A stretch of DNA of 64,000 bases from Eledone cirrhosa (taxonomy: Eukaryota). Where the stretch lies: assembly GCA_964016885.1 (NCBI GenBank), contig OZ024740.1:51646001-51710000 (forward strand), given 5' to 3'. The notes below the pieces were generated by a model. The model was not told where the DNA came from and did not search any database. It was given only the letters and a program-made list of their open reading frames with translations. How positions within the stretch are numbered: position 1 is the stretch's first letter; each line of letters starts with the position of its first letter. A program made the translations under genes and the position numbers. Positions 12,373-25,639 of the stretch are shown here, in pieces.

Positions 12373-13776
12373 TAGTGTTGTGCATAATTAAGAGACAACC
12401 TACATGTTAGTTGTCATATTATTAGTAACCTTAGTATATACACACACAAGTGCGCAAATATCATCACACTTTTTTTTCAATCATTGTATGATACATAGTC
12501 GACCAATCACATTATTTGTTGTATTTTCATATATATATATATAGCACACCGTGTCAACATTTTAATACATTTTTTAGTACTAACATGGCTGCCATTTCAA
12601 GCGAAACACGCGTAAATATCATCCTTTTTCATGAAGAAGGCTATTCCCAGTGCGAAATATTTGTACTTTTGGGTATATCTAAGACTGGTGGTCAAAAAAC
12701 ACTTGCCCGTAATGCATCAAAAAGCACTCTTATCTCAAACAAGCGACATGGAAGACAAAGCAAGATAAGTGTTCAAACAGATCACATGATACGCTGACTT
12801 GCAGTGTTAAAAGATCACATGATACGTCGACTTGCAGTGTCAAAAGATCACATGATACACCGACTTGTAGTGTCAAATTTAACTGCTTCCAACTCATATA
12901 TGCAAGCCCAGCTTCTTCAGCACACAAACATATCATCTTCTACCGTCCGACGACGCTGTGTTAAGACTTTAATCTTCGGGCTTTTAAGACAGCTGCCAAA
13001 CCTCAACTTTCAAATAAAAGCATCGACGACCGTCTGTTGTTCTGCAACACTTATCGTCACTGGACTGCTGTTTAATGGAGTGAGGTAATGTTTAGTGATG
13101 AAACATTAATTAGACAATTTGTACCTTATAATCACCATGTAAGCAGACCACCTGGAGAGCGTTATAATTGTCGTTATGTCAAACCAACAGTTAAACATTC
13201 ACAATCATTGATGGTCTAAGTATCAATAACGCATAAATGGACGAACTGCACTGACCATAATTCCGGCAGGTAAAACTGTAAATGCAAACATGTATTTGGA
13301 AATCATACGTGAAAAGCTCCCATTATGGAAGGAGGGGCATGGTTGCAAGATATATCAACAAGATGTATCAACAAGATCCTTGCCATAACCAATTTTTTCG
13401 AGAATCTGGTATTGAAGTGCTGACACCTTGGCTTAAACCCAATTGAAAACTGTTGGAAATTGATGAAAGACAAAGTTGCCAAGCTAAATCCCAGTTCAAT
13501 TACTGATTTACAACAAAGAATTCTTGCTGTATGAACACAACGCATTACTCCTAAATAGTGTGCCTCCTTGGTGGAATCAATATCTCGCAGAATTGCTGCA
13601 GTAATTGTTGCTAAAGGTCATGAAACAAAATACTAATTTGGAATAGACAATTTATAGCATAATGCTTTGTGTTGTTTGTAATAATATGCTATTTTTATCT
13701 AATAATTGTACTTTGTTCAATAATAACCTAATCTAATGAAATTATTGGGGTGGTCTCTGAATTATGCATAACACGG
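12373..13776 (+). mobile_element. Decayed Tc1-like DNA transposon
   Basis: About 28-bp imperfect TIRs flanked by TA. Transposase remnants: EEGYSQCEI (HTH), RHGRQSKIS, VMFSDET, PTVKHS, PIENCWKLMK. Internal 33-bp triplication at about 12775-12875. Confidence 0.88.
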
Positions 13777-13802
13777 TATATATACTGTACATGTGTATTA
13801 TC

Positions 13803-13980
13803 ATTCGGTAGAGCGTCAGACAACATGCTTTGCGGCATAAAACTTCGGCTCTTTACGTTCTGAGTTCAAATCCTTACGGGGTCGATAAAATAAAGTACCG
13901 GTAATGCACTGGGATCGATTTAATCGACTTTCCCCTCCCTAAAATTGTTGGCCTTGTGCCTAAATCAGAAACCGTTATTA
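13803..13980 (+). mobile_element. tRNA-SINE, internally deleted
   Basis: gagttcaaatcc|ttacggggtcgataaaataaagtacc...ggccttgtgcct. Confidence 0.8.
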
Positions 13981-14314
13981 TTAGCTCATGCCATTTTATC
14001 ACCAACGCGAGACTAAGAAAGAAATTAAAAACATGATCATAGTAACATATTTAGATAGAATCAATAGAAAATCAGTGTAGGAAAAACCAAAGCACAAGTA
14101 TATTAAAACAAATTATTGGAGGGGATTAAGACCCTAAAGCACCTTAGCGCCGGTAGGCTTGTATAGCTGTTGAAACGGCAAGAGCTCAGCCGTCAGGGTT
14201 CCGACTCTTTCATATTACCACATTCTACTACCTCAAGTATCGAGTACTTTGGTGAGTAATGGTCTAACAGGTTTTTACTGCATCTATTTTGATTTACACA
14301 TATATGTATATATA

Positions 14315-14482
14315 CCGTATTTCCCGACGCCGAAGACGCTTCGTCCTTGAAGACGCACCCTAATTTTAAAAACCAAAAATTTGAAAAAAAATAATAAACA
14401 ATCTTCGGCCTCCAGGATGCATGGTAGATTTTTTAGGCTTATTTTATGAAAAAAGTAGCGTCTTCGACGCCGGGAAATACGA
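14315..14482. mobile_element. pogo/Tc1-type MITE
   Basis: TIR ccgtatttcccgacgccgaagacgct / agcgtcttcgacgccgggaaatacga, TA on both sides. Confidence 0.85.
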
Positions 14483-14491
14483 TATATTATG

Positions 14492-14898
14492 TTAAAAGTA
14501 CGAGGAAATAATAGACAAAATTATACCTATTTTTTCTTCAAAGTCCGGACTGCAGTTTCGCCGAATCCGTTTGCAGCAATTTACGCACTATAGAAGTGCA
14601 TCATCGCTGTGAGGTTGATAAGGCTTATCAAGAGACCCTCAAAAAGGACTGTTTCTTGACGCGTTCGTAACAAGTGAGAAATTCTCGAGAGGCGGAGTGA
14701 GAAATTAACACGTGGTACAGTGGTCACAGAAGGGTAGTAAAGGTGGACAATAAGCGAGTACCGTATTTGCTAAAAAAAAAAAGCAGTTAGCACACGCCTG
14801 ATTAACTCCTTGCTGTAAACAGATTCGGCGAAACTGGAAGTCGGGACTTTGAAGAAAAAATAGTTATATTTTTGTCTATTACTTTCTCGTACTTTTAA
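14492..14898. mobile_element. Non-autonomous long-TIR (foldback-type) element
   Basis: Imperfect inverted arms at 14492-14579 and 14810-14898. Confidence 0.75.
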
Positions 14899-14978
14899 TT
14901 TGATAAATAGTTCTCATTACTGAATTATTAAAAATTATTTTTACTCTTTCGCTCACCGAGCAAAACATGTTAAGGCGG

Positions 14979-15011
<33 letters not shown>

Positions 15012-15035
15012 GAATATGTGGAAGCTCATTATTTA

Positions 15036-15445
15036 TTGGCAGTATTGGTAGAGGGTCGGACGCCATGCTTTGACGTATAGAGTTACGGCCCTTGCCATTC
15101 TGAGTTCAAATCCCGCCAAGGTTAACTTTGCCTTTCATCCTTACGGGATCGATAAAATAAAGTACCAGTAATGTACTGGGTCATTGCTGGCCTTGTGCCT
15201 AACGTAGAAACAATTATTTATTTATGTCGGTGGATTGGCAGTATCGATAGAGGGTCAGACAACATGCTTTGCAGCATAGAGTTACGGCCCTTTATAATCT
15301 GAGTTCAAATCTCGCCGAGGTTAACTTTGCCTTTCATCCATACGAGGTCGATAAAACAAAGTACCAATCACACACTGGGGTCGATTTAATCGACTTTCCC
15401 CTCCCCCAAATTGCTGGCCTTGTGCCTATATAAGAAACCATTATT
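15036..15445 (+). mobile_element. Two tandem tRNA-SINE copies
   Basis: A box tggcagtatcggtaga, B box gagttcaaatcccg, central ctttcatccttacggggtcgataaa, AT tail. Confidence 0.88.
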
Positions 15446-16183
15446 TATTTATGTCTCGTAATGTAGCAGTTTGACAAAAAGAGATCGATAAAATAAAGTA
15501 GCAGACCTGAAAGAGAAACATCTAGGTGGTGCCCCAACATGGCCACAGTCTAATGACTAAAATCAGTAAAAAAATAATACAAAAGAATTTTGGGTGTGTA
15601 GGTAAATGTTACTGGTCATAGGTGTCAAGGGTCAGTGTGTGTGTGTATGGGGGGGGGGATAGAATTTTATGGGTGTATGTAGGCAGAGGTCACTTGATAG
15701 GGTAGGGGGAAGTATTAGTGAATATAATTGAATATATAGGAAGAGGTCACTGGACTGGACACAGATGTCAAAAGTAGGTAGAGGTCAGTGGATACAAATG
15801 ACATAGTTCATTGTATGAGATAGTGATGTGGTGAATGGTAAATATAATTGTGCGGGTGTATGTGTCGAAGTCACGGACTGTGTGTATGTGTGCAGGGGCC
15901 TCGTTTGCTTTAAAAATGTACGAGGGACAAACCAACATTTGTTGATTCTTAAAGGAGCATAAATTGCTTATGGTGCCTTACCCGGACCCGATCACATAAG
16001 TAACATTTTACGCTAATTAAATGTTATATATTCAAATGAAGTTCAGATATAAAAAAATTAGTTCAGATATAAAAAGGAATCTATCATATCAAATAAACAA
16101 AAAATAAAACATAGACGTTTGAAAAAGTGTGTGTATGGGGGGGGGGGGGGCTTGTCCCCTGGTACCCCCTTGAAACAAGGCTC

Positions 16184-16238
<55 letters not shown>

Positions 16239-16559
16239 TTTGTGTGTGTGTGTGTCAGGGTAACTGCCAAGGTGAAAATATATATAAGAAGATAAAGTAA
16301 AGAAAGGTAAGAGAAGTGATGATAGCGGAATTATGGGAAAAGGTAATGATTCTACATTTCATTATTTGTTTTTGGTCGATAAAATAAAGTACCAGTAATA
16401 CACTGGAATAATTGCTGGCCTTGTGCCAAAAGTAGAAACAATTATTTGTTTTTGTTGTTGAAATTATTTAAAGGTGTCCAAAGTTAGGAGGACTTTGGGG
16501 TTAAGCTGGAATCCAACTTCAGATCAGCAAATAAAGTATAGGCAAACCATCCGCCGACT

Positions 16560-18100
16560 TTGTAATAAAAAGTCCTCCTCCATAGCTACTATCAGGAATG
16601 CGTCTGAGGTTCTCTCTTCAGGTAGAAAGAACACTTTGCTGATCTCCTAAACCCGATCACAACAGCATCTTCTGATGACTAGTCTCTCAGAGACTGAAGT
16701 CACAAGAGAAATTAAAGAGCTCAAATGTGACAAGGCGGCTATGGAAGAGGAAACCTGGCCCGAGATGTTAAAAAGCTTTAAATATAGAAGGTATTCACTG
16801 GCTGATTCGTGTGTGCCATGTGGTCTGGATCTCTGGAAAGGCACCTAAGCAATGACAATCGGGAGTGATAATCTCAATTTTCAAAAAGGGAGACAATAGA
16901 GATTGTTCCAATTACAGAGGGATCTCCTTGTTAAGCCTCCTCGGTAAAGTCTATGTTAAGTGTCTGGCAAAGGGATGTAGGGAGATTGTCCAAGCTAGCT
17001 GATGAACAGTGGAGTTTTCGCCCCGGACGCAGCACAACCAAATATTCACGTGGGAGTATTGCCAAGAGGTATATTCTTGTTTTGTAAAAAAAAAGGCGTA
17101 TGATTGCGTTCCCCAGGACCTGCTGTGGAATGTTCTGCAAGAGTATAGGATCGATGGCCAGCTTCTGGCCCTATACGAGTGCCCAAGTATTTGTGTTCGG
17201 ATAAATCGAGTTAAATCGAAACCATTCAATGTGGGGTCGGATTGCGTCTAGAGTGAATACTGTCACCTCTCTTGTTCATTATTTTCATGAAACGGATTGT
17301 GCAGCTGGGTTGGAAGTGGTGTCACGACTGGCGGGTCTAAAATCAGACGAAATATAGTGTTATTTAACTCTACAGAAAGAGATCTCTGACTTGCATTTGA
17401 TAAGTTTGATGCCGAGTGCTGCATGGCTGGAGTGAATGTCAGTGCTGCGAAAACTGAGACACTCGTCCTCTCAAGGAAACCTGCGTAGTGCACTCTACAT
17501 GTGAATGGAGTTCCACTGAAGCTGGTGGAGAAGTTCAAGTATCTCTGGGCCGTGTTCACGAGTGATGGCAGACAGGAGGCTGGATTAAGTGTAAGAATTA
17601 CAGGAGCTGGTGCAGTTATAAAAAAAGGGAGGTAAGTGTAAAAGCCAAACTCGCTATCTTCAATTCGATATTAAAGCCAACCCTTACCTATGGTCATGAA
17701 TCTTGGGTAATGACCGAAAGAATACGATCACCAATACAAGCGGTCGAAATGGAGTTCACCCAAAGGGTCTTTTGAGTAACGTTACTCGATAAAGTGTGTA
17801 GTTCGGAGATCAGAGAGTCACTCCAATTGAGAGATCACAGCTCCAATACTTTTGGCATGTGGTTAGAATGTCTCAGGAAAGAATCGCTGGACAGATTTTA
17901 CGGGCAAAACCAATCGACAGGAGACCCAGTGGTAGACCCCGAGCCAGAAGGTTGGATAACATTTATGAGCTTGGCTGGTCTTGCTTGGGGATCCAGCCGG
18001 ATCAGTTGGAGATGGTTGCTTCTGACAGGACCCGCTGGAAGGAGTGTTTGAGGATTCTGCCCTCACGACCCTCTCAGGAATAAGTGGGTGAAGAAGAAGA
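16560..18100 (+). mobile_element. Decayed 5'-truncated RTE LINE
   Basis: KKGDNRDCSNYRGISLLSLLGKVY, KAYDCVP, KFKYL, YGHESWVMT, GRPRARRLDNI, and a (GAA)n tail. Confidence 0.85.
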
Positions 18101-18829
18101 AATGTAAAATGTTAATGGATGCGAGCCCTTTAGGGCTACAGATGAATTTTCTTCTTCTTCTTTGTCCACCTAGGAGTGGGGGAAGATCCACAGACGTGCT
18201 TTCCAGAGCGTCCTATGAAAAGCAACCGTTTCTAATTGATCTGACTAGATCACCAACTGAGACCAACCGAGCTCATGTTATCTAAACATCTTCATCGTGG
18301 CCTACCTCTGTGTCTCATGCTGAATAGCTTGCTCGTAAAATCTCTCTAGTGATCTTTCTTTAGACTTTATTTTATCGACCACGAAAAGATGGAAAGCAAT
18401 GTTCAACTCAACGGGATTCGAACTCCGAACAAATACCAACAATTCGCCACCCATATCTTTCAGGGTAAAATATTTCATGATAAATAATGGTGGGTGATAT
18501 TTGCAAGACAAAATTTCTCTATCAACTGATGAAAGTATAAACATTTAAGGATGTCGTGGATGCATTGTTAGATATTGTAGCTCTCGAAAATGGAACGTGG
18601 AGGTCGGGACGAGAATTATTCAACTTTATTTCTTCCTTAATATTCTTATATCATGACCCACCAATGTTGTCAGTGTATTCGGCTCATATTTAGAGGCTAT
18701 TTTAGAGTATTTAATTCGCCTTTTTCTTTTTGCTGTAAGCGACAACATGACTTCACAGCTATTCAGGAAATGGCTTCGACAACTTGCCATATAATACCTA
18801 AACTTGCACAAACATGGTGGCTTTCTTAA

Positions 18830-19049
18830 CCCTTTAGCATTTAAATTTCTCTAGATATACTATTGTATTTTCACAGCAAAGGTTTTATCTTACATAATAT
18901 CTCACATAATATTGAATCTATGAGAGTTTGATATCATTTATTTTGATAACAATACCTTAACATGAGTATGAGCAGCCGGTTACAGCCAGTTTGAACAGAA
19001 AGAGGTGAGAGAATTCTGGCCGGTTATGGCCGGTTTAAATTCTAAAGGG
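18830..19049. mobile_element. piggyBac-type MITE
   Basis: TTAA-ccctttagcatttaaa...tttaaattctaaaggg-TTAA. Confidence 0.88.
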
Positions 19050-19401
19050 TTAAGAAACAGTTATTACAGTGACATTAGAACAATATCTCTAATGGGAATC
19101 AAAAGTTGAAGAAGTCGATGGCATTACGAGAATTTATGACATTAAGCGATCGCGGAATCAAGGCCATATTAGCTTTCATTCGGTATGTTCTACAAGAGGT
19201 AAAGTTATTAAATGTTGAATTCGAATCTAATTAGTTCAGGTTGCATCTTCAGTGCTTCATAATATCGTAATTTTTAAAAAATCTCCCGAATCTCTATTAT
19301 CATTATTAAAGCTGAATCCCTAGATAACTAAATTATTAGAAGTTGATTAGTAGCTGCAAAAATATTAATATTTACTTTAGAGAAAAGGCAACAGTACTTT
19401 T

Positions 19402-19586
19402 AATAATTGTTTCTACTATTGGCACAAGGCCAGAAATTACCCAGTACATTACTGGTACTTTATTTTATCGACTCCGTAAGGATGAAAGTCAAAGTTAACC
19501 TCGGCGGGATTTGAACTCAGAATGGCAAGGGCCGTAACTCTATGCGTCAAAGCATGGCGTCCGACCCTCTACCGATACTGCCAATA
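19402..19586 (-). mobile_element. tRNA-SINE
   Basis: Reverse complement of the 15036 family. Confidence 0.88.
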
Positions 19587-20036
19587 CAAAACTAATTGTT
19601 GGAAATTCCTAGCGGAATTTTGTAATTCAACCTAGATGGAATTACTGCTAAACCTGAAGTATTGTTATACCAAAAGACAGCTCGTGAACTCAGCATCGTC
19701 TATAGTTCTGCAATATGTTGATTCCGCAGTCACTGTGCCGGAAAATAGATTAAGTCTTCTTGGAGATCAATGAAGTTATCATTTAATACCAGACAATTTA
19801 CCGATCTCCATAGAAATGTTTCTCAATACTGGTACATGTGAAGCGAAGCAATGGTTAGTGAATGTTGTTAGAGGTGTATTAACACAAAATAGATGGTTTC
19901 GTTTTGATACAAGATTTACTTCACTTCACTTTATAAATGAATAAAGAATAAGTTACAAAGTTATAATGGTTGACGATGTTTTTGTTGTTATGGTGAAATA
20001 GTCTGTGGCCAGAGAAGGTAAGACCAGGAGAGAGAG

Positions 20037-20074
<38 letters not shown>

Positions 20075-20199
20075 CCAAGAGGTCTGTAGAAAGCAAATGT
20101 TTTACATACAGAAATCAAAAATCAAATTAACATTCATTAGTAGATTAAATAGTAGAGTGGGATAATAATGGGAGGGCTCAAACGACATGCAAAAGTACC

Positions 20200-22490
20200 T
20201 GAAATCCAACCACAGCCGGCTATTGGCACATATTCTTCATTGACCATACTTAAATATGGAATGATACGCGATGGGGTCCCTCCCCCACACAGCCCCAGCG
20301 GACAGGATGGAGAAGGCGTTTCCCCAGAGGACAGCAAGGGAGACGCGCTGGAAAAGCCACTCCAACTCGCGGGGCTCACACCTACGGCTGGCCAGCTCAG
20401 CGCCTATCATGGTGAGTAGGGAGGTAGCCCTAGGGCCGAGGACACCAGAAGTTTCCACTGCCAAGGGTACAACCGCAAACCTGTCGGAGAGCGACCGGTA
20501 TTTGAGGAGTTTGGCCTCCTCAGCCCGACGTGCAGCAGAACCTGGGTTAGTCGCAGACTACACCAGGCTGCGGCTGCAGAAAGTGTTTGCCGTCCCCTCG
20601 GTCCAGCCCCACCGGCTCGAGCTGGGAAGGGAAGCCTGCAGCGTCTAAGCCATGCTTTATGACCTCGTTGAGAGCAACATGGCGTGGAAGGCGGCCGGAC
20701 TGTGGCGACAGGAAAGCGGGTGGAGGCCGAAAGAGTCCACGGTGGATCCGCAGCGACATTGGTGTGGCTCGCAGATCCGGAGGTCGAGCCTCAAGAAACG
20801 CCGATGCGCAGGCTATTGTTGTCTAGTTGCGTGCCAGTAGAGAGGGAGGCAGGGAATGGTGCCAGGCACTACTGTGGGGTTTGGAGGCCGCACGAAAACA
20901 GGCAAGGCGGTGCTGGTCGAGCTGGCGCGTGAGCCTGTCTGAGGCCAGGCTGCACTGGATGGCATCCCAAGTGCTTTAGGGGGACTTGACGTCAACAGGC
21001 GGAGAAGAATGAGGGACGTCTACTGGGCTAAGTCCCAGCCGGTCCCACGTCTCAAAGGCGGCCTCACGTTCTCTGAACACAGAGGGTTGTATTGTTTTGA
21101 CGAACCCTGCTGACGAGGACGCAACACGAGGTTACCGACGAAAGATACGCCGGCAAAGCCAGTGAGATCGGGAACCGGAGGCCAAGGCCGCCATACCTGA
21201 CAGATAAAGTGGCCTGTTGCCATCCAATATCGTCAAACTTGACGTTGCATATCTCCTCGGCTTCTGCTCGGATACAAGTATCGAGGTCAGCGAGGAGAGA
21301 TGTGTGGGTGTAGCACGGAGCGTTGCGAAGGGTATAGAGGAGCTTCGGCATGGCGAAGCAGTTCCTCAACAGAAAGAGAGCTGGGTGGCTGTCGATCAAG
21401 CCCAGTCGACTCGTGAGAGTCTGGAGTTGTTGAAGCCTGGACCTGATGGTGGAGAGGATGGCCGGCGGGTAGATCAGTGACCCGAGGATGAGGACATCCT
21501 CTTTGGGGGTCACTTGTACCTGGTGGAGTATGGACCACACGTCCGAGACATAGGCTGCAAAGCTCTCAGCATCGTGGCTGACATTCACCACCTCCGAGTT
21601 GACCTGGAGGCATGAACCACCGATTTTAGGTCATGGCAGACAGTCTGTACGGGCCCGCTCAACGTAGCATCATCCATATACCAAACGTTGAGAGGGGCCG
21701 TGATACTCCGGGTGATGTGATCTATACCAAGGGCAAACGAGTGGTCCCGGTGTAAGCAGTTGAAGGCATTCCTCATGTCAAGCTTGACAATGAGGTGCCT
21801 GGAGTCCCTGGATGCTGGTTCCGGTGGGCAGCTGTTGAAGAACTGCCTGGTTGCATGTGCGGCCCCCTCACAACAACCGGACACGCCGACACCCAGTTGC
21901 ACCGGACTGAACTCCTCACCCAGTCCGGGTGTTATGGACTTGCAGACCACCTTGGCAGCCAGCCTCCGGAAGAAATTGCTCACAGCGATCGGGCGTATGC
22001 CACCCCCTTTCTTCCTGAGAGCGGTGAGGTTAGCCGAAAAAAAGAGGCCTCGGGCGTGAGGGTCCAGGGTGCCATGGATGAGCCTATTGGTGGGTGCTTC
22101 AATTGCACTCAGAAGGCGGCGCCCAGCCTCAGCAGAGAGGGGGGATAGCAACTCCTTGAGGTGGCCTGGTCGGAGACCATCAGCACCTCCGCTGCTGCTA
22201 GCTGGGAAGGACTTGATTGCGGACATGATGTCTGCGTCGGAAGCCACAAGGAGCAAGTGGGGGTCGGGTGGTGGTATGGGTCTGAGATCAGCGGGTGGCT
22301 CAAGGTGCTTGAGTCGCAGGGTAGCCAGGACCTCCTCGGTGGATTGGAGGACAGTGTCCTTTGAGGCAACCACTCTGACTGCGGCCAAGACATCACCAAT
22401 GATTAATTTAGCATTTACGCGGTCACGCAAACGCTTGGCGCTGGCCTCAGGAGTGGAGGATTGGGTCACCCTGAGCCAATCCTCTGCGAA
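20200..22490 (-). mobile_element. CRE-clade non-LTR retrotransposon with internal deletions
   Basis: [91 protein letters not shown]. The RT QG motif region is deleted. Confidence 0.88.
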
Positions 22491-22662
22491 ACGCGCGTAA
22501 CAGGTCGATGCGCAATAAATATTTTTCATATGTAAACGAGACTACCTCGTTTTTTCTATTATATACACTCTACATGTGCATAGAGGGCTTGATTTGGCAC
22601 CAACACCAGTATTTCACCGTACTACCTACACTATACACACACACACACACACATTATATATA

Positions 22663-22836
22663 TATTAAAATAACAGATTAAAGTTTCAGCAAAGAATCGC
22701 TGCTTTCACCCTTAACGGGATCTTCTGAAATCTTTTTTCGTTTCAGAAGATCCCGTTAAGGGTGAAAGCAGCGATTCTTTGCTGAAACTTTAATCTGTTA
22801 TTTTAATAAATATTTGGTCTGTGTTTTTTTTTTATA

Positions 22837-22874
<38 letters not shown>

Positions 22875-22920
22875 CCTTGTCGAGCCCTCTTCGGATTTTA
22901 GTCTTCACATTTATTATTAC
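22663..22920. mobile_element. Inverted-duplicated short element carrying a hammerhead-like fold (PLE pLTR-like)
   Basis: Perfect arms at 22663-22730 and 22741-22808, plus a tail shared with 36512-36930. Confidence 0.8.
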
Positions 22921-23019
22921 TTTGCCTTTCATCCTTACAGGGTCGATAAAATAAAGTACCAGTAATGCACTGGGTATTGCTGGCCTTGTGCCTAACGTAG
23001 AAACAATTATTATTATTAT

Positions 23020-23073
<54 letters not shown>

Positions 23074-23127
23074 TCAACATTCTAATTGGATTTTAAAATA
23101 TTTGTAATAAAATGCGGAAAAAAAATA

Positions 23128-23211
23128 AATTTGTAACTGAATTCTATGTTAGCCTGGCGGAGATTCGAAATCGAATCTCCGCCAGGCTAACATAGAATTC
23201 AGTTACAAATT
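23128..23211. repeat. Perfect hairpin, 41-bp arms, 2-nt loop
   Basis: aatttgtaactgaattctatgttagcctggcggagattcga-aa-reverse complement. Confidence 0.95.
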
Positions 23212-23529
23212 AAATAGTGAAAGTAAGGGGAAGGGAGGAGTGAGTGGCAGACTCTATACTCCAGCCTAGGTGGTATATCTTAGCTGCATCCCGTAGACAA
23301 AATGGCGAAGGCATCGTCGCGAAGAACAGCCAGCAACATCCACTGTATTAATCAAACCACCCCATTTGGCTCCTTCCTCAGGCGGAATGCACTCCTCCAA
23401 ATTTTGCGGAGGAAAATTGCTGCTCGATAGTCGAGGACACCAGAGGTCTCGACGGCGTCCGGCATGAAAAAGGAAGTGGTCGATCAAGTTACAGCATTTG
23501 ACTACATGTTAGGCATTATATAGAGAAAA

Positions 23530-23770
23530 GGAGGTGAAAACGCATAGCTTAGTGGTCAGGGTGTTCATCTCAATATCGTAAAGTCCTGTGTTCAATTCCT
23601 GGACCGGGTGGCAAATATGAGTTATACCTGTAATTCAAGGAGGAAACTTTGTCACACTTGTGTACCACTGAATCTTTCTGAGAACTATGTTAAGGGTGCA
23701 TGTGTCTATGGACCCTCAGATACATACACGTTAATTTCACGAACAGGTAGTTCCGTTGATTGAATGGGCC
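23530..23770 (+). mobile_element. tRNA-SINE, second family
   Basis: tagcttagtggtcagg A box and gttcaattcc B box. Body shared with 3172-3440 and with an inverted copy at about 24090-24340. Confidence 0.6.
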
Positions 23771-24419
23771 AACTAGCGGTCACTGCACCAGCAAGAAATA
23801 GTTGTTAAATCTCCCAGTCAGGCCACAACTATCTTGTAAAACCACAGCTGTATTGGATATATTTAATAAGGAACTAGACTACAACAAAAACATTGCTTTA
23901 TATGACACACGGGAGTATCTTCAAACAATGAGTCAGCTCTTTTCAACAGTCTGAAGCTAACACATTGTTGGAGTCAGATTAAGAAATGAGTCATTGTGAC
24001 CGGGGTTACTTACAAGGTCACATATACATCCGGTGAGATGAGGTAAAGTAAGTTTTGACGATGAGTATTCTACTTGCATGATTAACCGAACGGCCTGTTC
24101 CTTAAATTAACGCGTGACCCATTAGCGTAATTCCTAGGGAGATACTACCAGACACAGTGTGTGTCAAGGTTGGGTTTTTCAATTACATTTACAGTCAAAA
24201 CAGCTTCCAAACAATTTCTGTCTCCCCAATTTCACTAACAAAAGTTGGGTCGATCCGATAGTACTTGGTTAAGATATTATGCACAAGGATCAAACCTAAA
24301 ACCTTATGATTTTGAAGCGAACCTCTTGACCATTTAGCCATGTTACGTCCATAGTGAGGAGTGGTAGGGTAAATGTTATAGTCATTAAGAAATGTATTGC
24401 ATTTAGTTGATCCTTGGAC

Positions 24420-24870
24420 AATTTAAACAGGCAATTATTGAGGCCACATGTTCAGGTTGTGATAGGAAACTGGTCGCGTCAAGGCTCCTTTTGATGACGT
24501 CGTTCAAGCTAGTGTGCCGAGGAAACCGACCTGTGCTGTGGCGACAAGAGAGCGGATGTAGTTCGAACTCATCGGCCATGGGTTCACAATGGCATTTGTG
24601 TTGTTGACTCACGCGGAATTCAAAGCGCTTGGACACTCTGGGTACTCTCACCATCAAGAAAGGTACCGGTTGATGAAGAGAGCGCCAGTTGATGAGGAAT
24701 GCACCGGTTGAAGAGGAGGGCACCGAACTGAGTCATGCGCTGCTGTTTGGCTGCGAGACAGACCAGAGGTAGAAGAGCCAGTGTTAGTCCAGGGAAATCC
24801 ACTAGCTTCACAACAGCTTCTCCCTCGGAAGGATCTGGACAGCTAACACATCCTTATTGGAGGTAGACAA
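24420..24870 (-). mobile_element. CRE-clade fragment
   Basis: [33 protein letters not shown]. Confidence 0.78.
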
Positions 24871-25639
24871 GGCGATATCTCTGGCAGGAGCTTGGGAGTT
24901 TCTGATATTGGCCAGACTCAGCCATAGCACATGCTCGCTAATTTGACTCTGAGTCAGTTTCAGATATCGTTGGTGTATGTAAATTCAGTTTCGAGGTAGT
25001 TTTGAAAGCATTATCACTGAGATGCCCAGATAATGTATATGAAACTGCCACTGTCAACCTTCTCTATTACATAAACATCTCAACCTCCTTAATGACCACT
25101 AGTACGGCTTTCGTAAAACCAGATCTACTGAAGACTCAGCTTTGATAGATTTAGCTATTTTAGTTATTCCAGCGTCGTAGACTTGCTATCACCTGTGACA
25201 ATGTTGCATGTGTGTTGGCTTACCTAAAAAAATATTAGAGGGTGGTTCGAGCACACCTTGTGGTATGTGATTGAATGTGGTGATCCTTTCTCCACCACAT
25301 TTTTTCTTCATTATTCACTCACTTTTATCTCTCCACCTACTTCTTTTTTTTTCAGTTTTTTAGTAATGTATATATCTGCATAGTCTAATTCATTATATAA
25401 ATTGTATTGACAAATTACTTGTATAATAAAGTTTCTTAAGTAATTGCTGTTTTATTTCACCATCTGCATTATCTAGGCTTCTAAGTCTTTTTAAATCTCA
25501 ACACATGGTCACACAAACGCACATGTATAGATGTATATATAAAGTATATACATTTATATAATATAAATTAAGCCGTTAATGCCAAATGCAACGAATTTGA
25601 CATTAAAGGGGTTGTTCACCCCCCCCCCCCCCCCCTGCC

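Noticed and set aside
15036-15120. tRNA genes
   Set aside because: The A/B boxes belong to SINE heads, and I see no complete cloverleaf or Pol III terminator.
16668-16709. Hammerhead-like ctgatga...agtct/agact...gaag
   Set aside because: It has GAAG instead of GAAA, no stem III, and lies within RTE coding remnants.
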